Program-made: the position numbers and the translations under genes
NCBI GenBank assembly: GCA_964016885.1
Contig: OZ024740.1
Location: 403,062,001-403,126,000 of the forward strand
Direction of reading: 5' to 3'
DNA: 64,000 nt
Source: Eledone cirrhosa
Lineage: Eukaryota
Shown: positions 57,679-64,000 of the stretch, in pieces
Layout: every line of letters starts with the position of its first letter
How positions within the stretch are numbered: the first letter of the stretch is position 1
The notes under the pieces: model-generated
The model's input: the letters and a program-made list of their open reading frames with translations, nothing else
The model's database searches: none
What the model was told of the DNA's origin: nothing

Positions 57679-57713
<35 letters not shown>

Positions 57714-57714
57714 G

Positions 57715-57765
<51 letters not shown>

Positions 57766-57811
57766 GTATATATGTGTATATATGTATATATATATATGTA
57801 CATAGAATTTA

Positions 57812-57883
<72 letters not shown>

Positions 57884-57891
<8 letters not shown>

Positions 57892-58274
57892 TAAAATAAC
57901 AGATTAAAGTTTAAGCAAAGAATCGCTGCTTTCACCCTTAACGGGATCTTCTGAAACTAACAAAGTCAATCGGTAAACGCAGAACTGGATATTTCAAAAA
58001 ACGTTGCAACCGGAGGAAGACAGGAAGACGATACTTTGGTTCGTGGAAACGTTCCTGTCTTCCTCCGGTTGCAATGTTTTTGGAAATATCCACTTCTGCG
58101 TTTACAGATTGACTTTGTTAGTTTCAGAAGATCCCGTTAAGGGTGAAAGCAGCGATTCTTTGCTTAAACTTTAATCTGTTATTTTAATAAATATTTGCTC
58201 TACGGTTCTTATATATTTGATATATATTTATCCTTATCGAGCCCTCTTTGGATTTTAGTCTTCAAATTTATTAT

Positions 58275-58279
<5 letters not shown>
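57884..58279. mobile_element. Fold-back element (~140-bp arms + ~85-nt tail), CAGAAGA hammerhead family
   Basis: Palindrome 57884-58194; hammerhead motifs at 57908-57958 (-) and 58120-58170 (+). Confidence 0.88.
58120..58170 (+). ncRNA. Hammerhead-like motif with U4A core variant
   Basis: AGTTT-CAGAAGA-T-CCC gttaa GGG-T-GAAAGCA..TGCTT^-AAACT; all three stems pair. Confidence 0.7.
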
Positions 58280-58330
<51 letters not shown>

Positions 58331-58481
58331 TATCAAATGATTCTATGGACTTACTTTCTTATATATTGCTCTGATTGTTGATTATTTAATTAATTAATTC
58401 GACATTGAGCCACACCATGAATGGTTGCCATAAACACATATATATCTATGGCTCTGTCTAGTTTATGTATATGTAAATCTA

Positions 58482-58573
<92 letters not shown>

Positions 58574-58632
58574 GAAGAGAAAGGTTTATGTATATACATA
58601 CAAGTTTACATATACATGCATATATATATATG

Positions 58633-58692
<60 letters not shown>

Positions 58693-58749
58693 CATATATA
58701 TATACATATATATACTTATATATATATATATATATACATATATAATACT

Positions 58750-58785
<36 letters not shown>

Positions 58786-58802
58786 TACATATATTCAAAT
58801 GG

Positions 58803-58844
<42 letters not shown>

Positions 58845-58892
58845 CCATTTAAATATATGTATACATATGTAAGTATATGTATGCACAAGTTT

Positions 58893-58936
<44 letters not shown>

Positions 58937-59439
58937 CTGTGTGTCTGTGTGTGTGTGTATAGAGTGTGTATTTGTGAGTTTTTGAATGTATGTTGTGAAT
59001 GACATGAATACATTCTGCCTGAGTTCAATGAGTGCTTTCTCACTTGTTCCATCCCTGCCACAATGTTCTTCCCCGCCCCCTTCATGTCCTTTATCTCACT
59101 CCTCTTCCCTCCCCTCCCCACTTTTCTTCTTCTGCTGCTGCTTCTCCCCTTCCTCCGCCTTCTCCTTCTCCTCCTCCTCCTCCTGTGCCTCTTAACTATG
59201 TTTACCTGTCGAGATTGTCCTTAGACGTGTTTTTTTGAGTTATCGTTCAGGTGACGTATGTGACCTAAGCAATGGACATTTCATTATTGCGCCTGTTTCT
59301 GTTTAAACACTGGACACATGGCCGGTATCAGGCAGTTGACAACACCAGAATAAGAAAAACAAAATATATAAATATTATACCACTTTCACTATTACTACGA
59401 CGACCCCTAGTCTCAAACATCAACACCGAGACCATTACA

Positions 59440-59650
59440 TCCACCACTACCACCACCAACACCACCACTAACACCACCAACACTGCCACCACCACTACAT
59501 CCACCAATACCACTACCACCACCACACCACAACACCACCACCACTACCACCACCACCACCACTACCACCACTACACCACCGCTACCACCACCACCACCAC
59601 CACCACCGCCACCACCACCCCACCACCACCACCACCACCACCACCATCAA
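59440..59650. repeat. (CAC)n degenerate trinucleotide repeat
   Basis: Direct repeats. Confidence 0.9.
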
Positions 59651-59759
59651 ACACCAACAATACTGAACATGAACGACACAAACTGAAGCTAATCATACAC
59701 ACACATGGTCACCCATACACATGCATACGCGTTCACATGCAGGCACGCATATATATTTA

Positions 59760-59952
59760 TAAAGGTAAAATTCCGTTATAACGAATACTATTATAACTTT
59801 ATTTTCAGTATAACGAAATTTTGTCCAATCCCCGAGGTAATAACAAACAAACGCTCGATTTGTTTTGGTCGATCTCGTTATAAAGAACTTTTAGTTACAA
59901 CGAATTATTTTTTTATACCCCGGAAAATTTGTTATAACAGAATTTCACTGTA
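59760..59952. mobile_element. Tc1/pogo-like MITE
   Basis: Imperfect TIRs TA.AGGTAAAATTCCGTTATAAC / GTTATAACAGAATTTCACTGTA with internal ATAACGAA repeats. Confidence 0.65.
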
Positions 59953-60479
59953 TACACATATATAGATGCATTAATATATGGCGCACATATGCATGTGTAA
60001 GAACTCAGATTTCCACATATATACAAACATTCATACATACATACGTATTCATTTATATGTATGTATTTATATATGCATGCAAGCATTTACGTGCATGTGT
60101 ATGAATGTATGTATATATGTATGTAAGTATGTATGTATGTATGTATATATGTATGTATGGATGGATGCATGGATGTACGTATATATATATATATATATAT
60201 GCAGAAAACTTTAATCAAACATGTCTTGTGACATGAACACTAGCCAAGTCAACTAAATAAAACAACCAATGACAGATATCCTCTACCAGACTGACTTAAC
60301 TTTTAGCACAGACCGATGTCATTCCGTACAATACAAGAGGTTTACATTATGTGGTTAACCAAATGTTTCTATTTTTCCCTATTTTGTTTTGCTGTTAGGA
60401 CGTGTTCGTATCGGCTTGTGTAAGTTTGGCATTTTTTCACTTGTTTACAAGGGCCTTTTTGCCTATTTTTATGTCACAA

Positions 60480-61050
60480 ACTGTTTATAGGATGCCTGAC
60501 TTGACGCCTAGTGAGAAGGAAATGAGGAAGGCCAAACGGTTGGTGAAGAAGAGTGGACACAGGGCCAGCCTCACTTCACCTCCGACTTCATGGAGAACAG
60601 ACGCCTTTGTATGGTCTAGTACCGCACAATTGGAAAGAAATCGCGCCGGTTGGTGCTGACGAGCGAAACCCAAGTCCAAATGGCTATGGGTGGCGTAGTA
60701 CATTTAATTGAGCCTCCTGCCTTCCAACATTCGTGAAAATGTCCCCAACATATTTGAACTTACCCACCTACTCCAGTAGAACAACACAAGTTTCGAAAAT
60801 CTGATTTTCGTGCTTGCCGAAAACTGTCTAACCATGCTGCTCGCGGTCTCTCCCTGGGTCTCCTGCTGGTTGGTTCTGCTAGTAAAAAAAAATCTGTCAC
60901 CTTACTGCACCAGCTCCTGCAATTCTTGCACTTTATTCAGCCTCCCGCCTTCATATGCATGCCTTCCATCTCTCGTGTATTCCAGCCGACTACTCTATAT
61001 CCACTGGATTTGATGCTATTTCCTGCTCGGCTGCGCATGTCAATGCTGTT
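60480..61050 (-). pseudogene. Degenerate RTE-like RT fragment
   Basis: Minus-strand VGKFKYVGDIF and TKASV resemble the RTE FKYLG/TK..VY region. Confidence 0.45.
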
Positions 61051-62039
61051 CAATAAGAGTATGAACAGGAATAGGGAAATATATGTATATATATATACAG
61101 TATATATATTTATATATATATACGGGGGTGTCTATGTGTGTGTGTGTTGGGGGGGGGGTGTAAGTGTGTGTGTGTACGTATGTTTTTGTGCGTATGTGTT
61201 TGTACGTATGTGTTTATATTCCGCCCAATCTTCGCCTGACAAATTTCACTCATTGGTCATCTCAAGGCTAGTGTAGAATATACTTGCTCACAGTGCTACG
61301 CAGTTGCCCGAAAATAAAACCAATTTGATCCAAACCGATCTTTTTAACAACACATCAATACCTTCACCTGTATATGTATCTTTTTGTTTTCTGTTTTTCC
61401 ATCCATTTACCCTTTTTCACTAAGTTACAAAAACGTATTTATTGCCTTATAGTGAGTTTCATTGGCTATAGAACACGTTGGTAAAATGTGTATTGGTTAA
61501 CTAGATGTCGACTCTTTTCTTTTAAATTACATAGATGCTTGTTAAGGCTCGAGTGATGCGAAAATGTGTACTTACTACCAAAGTAGAGTTTAATTATATT
61601 CTCTACTATGTTTAAGTGGTAAAAGCATTGTTTCTCTAGAGTTTCACAAGTGTAGTCACAGGATCATTAAACAAGTGTCTTGTCGAATGTCGCTGTGAGT
61701 ACATACGAGGAAACAAGACATAACTTAGCTATAATAACAAATATTACATATGTGTCTGTGTGGTGGGGTAGGTGTATTTACTCATCTGCGGAGTAATTAA
61801 TCAAATAATAAATATGTATGAACTGCATGCTATATGGTATAAATTTGTAATGAATATATGCAAGGGAAAGCTTAAATCTAAGGGCATTAGAAGGTTAAAA
61901 ACATATTAATAAGAATTAAGGGAAAGTGTGTACAATTATTTACACTACATAAGGTTATGTAAAGAAGGTACATGGTCATATTATGAATACCTTATGCATA
62001 TAAGGTACTCATAAAATGGCCAGCATTAATTACTACAAA

Positions 62040-62232
62040 GCGGTGGATTGGTAGTATCGGTAGAGGGTCGGACGCCATGCTTTGACGCATAGAGTTACGG
62101 CTCTTTCAATTTTGAGTTCAAATCCCGCCAAGGTTAACTTTGCCTTTCATCCTTACGGGGTCGATAAAATAAAGTACCTGTAATGCACTGGGTAATTGCT
62201 GGCCTTGTGCCAAAAGTAGAAACAATTAATTA
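62040..62232 (+). mobile_element. Octopus-type SINE
   Basis: Same family as 52845-54240. Confidence 0.85.
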
Positions 62233-62927
62233 CTATAAAGATGTAATACGGTATGTGTATTTGCTTTGTGTAATTATTATTGAACATCAGACTAAATGAT
62301 AAATACATTGTGAATACATAATTCTGTTGTTTCAAAAGAATATAACATAGTTTGTCTTAAAGAGAAGTCATTCTGAGAGAAATTGTTGGCGAAAATATAT
62401 AGAGTAGCATAAAAATCAGACTGACATAGATCAAGCTAGGATTTTGTATATTATCAAAAGATTTTCCATATTATCAAAAGAGTTTCCATCGTGTTTTATA
62501 TCATGCTGTCTCTTGACCAAAATGTTCTAGAACATTCTGACGTATCCAATGAACGGTGTTTTTCAAAGGTACATTTACATAGAGAGGGTGTTCTTTGGAC
62601 AAAGCATATCCATTTCATTAATGTGTCCAAATGTAGTGCGTGTGTATCCAGCAAATTTAATGGAGGTATAATTAGAGTTTATAAGCCATCACTGAAAATT
62701 TAAACAAATGTGAAACACATTATTCTATTCTCTTGTTACACAGAAGAATATAAACGATTACCAATACATGGTTGGCGGTAATTCGCTGTTCATCTGTAGG
62801 CAAGTATCCTTGTTCTTCTTTCCACAAAGAGTGGTATAGACAAATGGTTTGCATATCAAAAACAAACTAGGACTTAACTCAAATAACCAGAACAATTTAC
62901 ATAAGTTGCCTTCATTGACGGCGTATA

Positions 62928-63065
62928 ATAATTGTTTCTACTTTTGGCACAAGGCCAGAAATTACACAGTACATTACTGGTACTTTATTTTATCGACCCG
63001 TAAGGATGAAAGGCAAAGTTGACCTCGGCGGGATTTGAACTCAGAATGGAAAGGGTCGTAACTCT
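62928..63065 (-). mobile_element. Octopus-type SINE, truncated
   Basis: Reverse complement of the SINE 3' part. Confidence 0.8.
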
Positions 63066-64000
63066 TGAATATTTATAACAATACGGCGTTTATTAGAAAA
63101 TTTAAGATTAACGGAATCATAACTACAGTTTAAAAGCAAAACTGTTAACATTTAAATAACCATGTAACATTGTGTTGTTCTGTCTATAGAGTAAAACATA
63201 CATAACAGAAATGGGCGGCTTAATTTCAATATAGTATAACACATTCTAGGTGACTCTGTGTTTCTACTTCGTTAATGTCTTTGAGAAATAATACATTCCC
63301 TTTCATTCTCTTGACTACCTTTCCTGTTCTATACATAAGGTACTTCATTAACTGCTTAAAATATGTACCTATATATTTTGTAGCAACATTAATAAGGAAA
63401 ATGTGTATAATTCCGCATATATGCTGAAAGATGATAAAAGCTTTATCCCATGAGGAGCTGAATATGTACTGAAAGTGTATGCCGTGGACCGACAATGGCA
63501 TTCGTGTTGCTCACAGGTCCGGAGATCAAACATTAGGGAAGCACTGATGCGAAGACAGTCACTATTGGGCAGAGCACCGGTTGATCGTGGGAGAACGGTA
63601 TTCAGCTAGGCATCTCTATGGGGCTGGACCAACGAAAACAAGCAAGACGTTGCTGATCAGGCAGGTGCGCAAGGCTATCCGGGGACTGATCACACTGCAT
63701 TGTGTCCCATTTGCGTTGGGGAGATTTAGCGTTTACAAAATTAAGGCCAAATCCGTTCAAGGTCTTGTAGGCTGCCCCATATGCCCAGGGGCAATAAGCT
63801 TTGATGTGTCGGGGAGAATATTGTTGATAAGGGTACGACAGGGGGCCAGCTACGAATAAATGGCAACGATATTGGGTATAAAACACCAAGACCACTTTAG
63901 GTATCGTAGATTGTGGCTATCCACTGTCATCAGACGACATTGCATAACTTCCCTGCACCATACTCGATGCAGATATAGAGATTTGTGAGGCAAGGGCCAT

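Noticed and set aside
59272-59781. 169-aa Thr/His/Pro-rich ORF
   Set aside because: Open because of the (CAC)n repeat.
63905-63940. Minus-strand CTGATGA plus GTGG/CCAC hairpin
   Set aside because: No GAAA after the hairpin.
63470-64000. GC-richer segment with ORFs on both strands
   Set aside because: No recognisable motif; probably a decayed TE cut by the window edge.

Overview
AT-rich, microsatellite-saturated eukaryotic intergenic or intronic DNA, most likely octopus (inferred from the SINE family and repeat landscape). No host protein-coding gene is supported. Contents: (i) three head-to-tail Tx1-like (L1 group) non-LTR retrotransposons on the minus strand, each with its 3' end in (GATA)n, one with an intact ~1145-aa APE-RT-CCHC ORF2; (ii) an R4/Dong-type RLE fragment in (CATA)n; (iii) a Penelope-like element (PLE) RT fragment; (iv) RTE fragments, mariner and hAT-like relics, a MITE and tRNA-derived SINEs. 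The main hidden signal is more than a dozen short ORF-less elements in (TA)n arrays, many of them fold-back palindromes with a one-sided tail. Most carry minimal type-I hammerhead ribozyme motifs (CUGANGA-stem II-GAAA-short, often palindromic stem III-UH-stem I), often followed by AATAAA and a GAGTRCT motif. They belong to about 9 sequence families. One family carries a recurrent CAGAAGA core variant, and one ends exactly at the predicted cleavage site. All structures were read by eye and boundaries are approximate.
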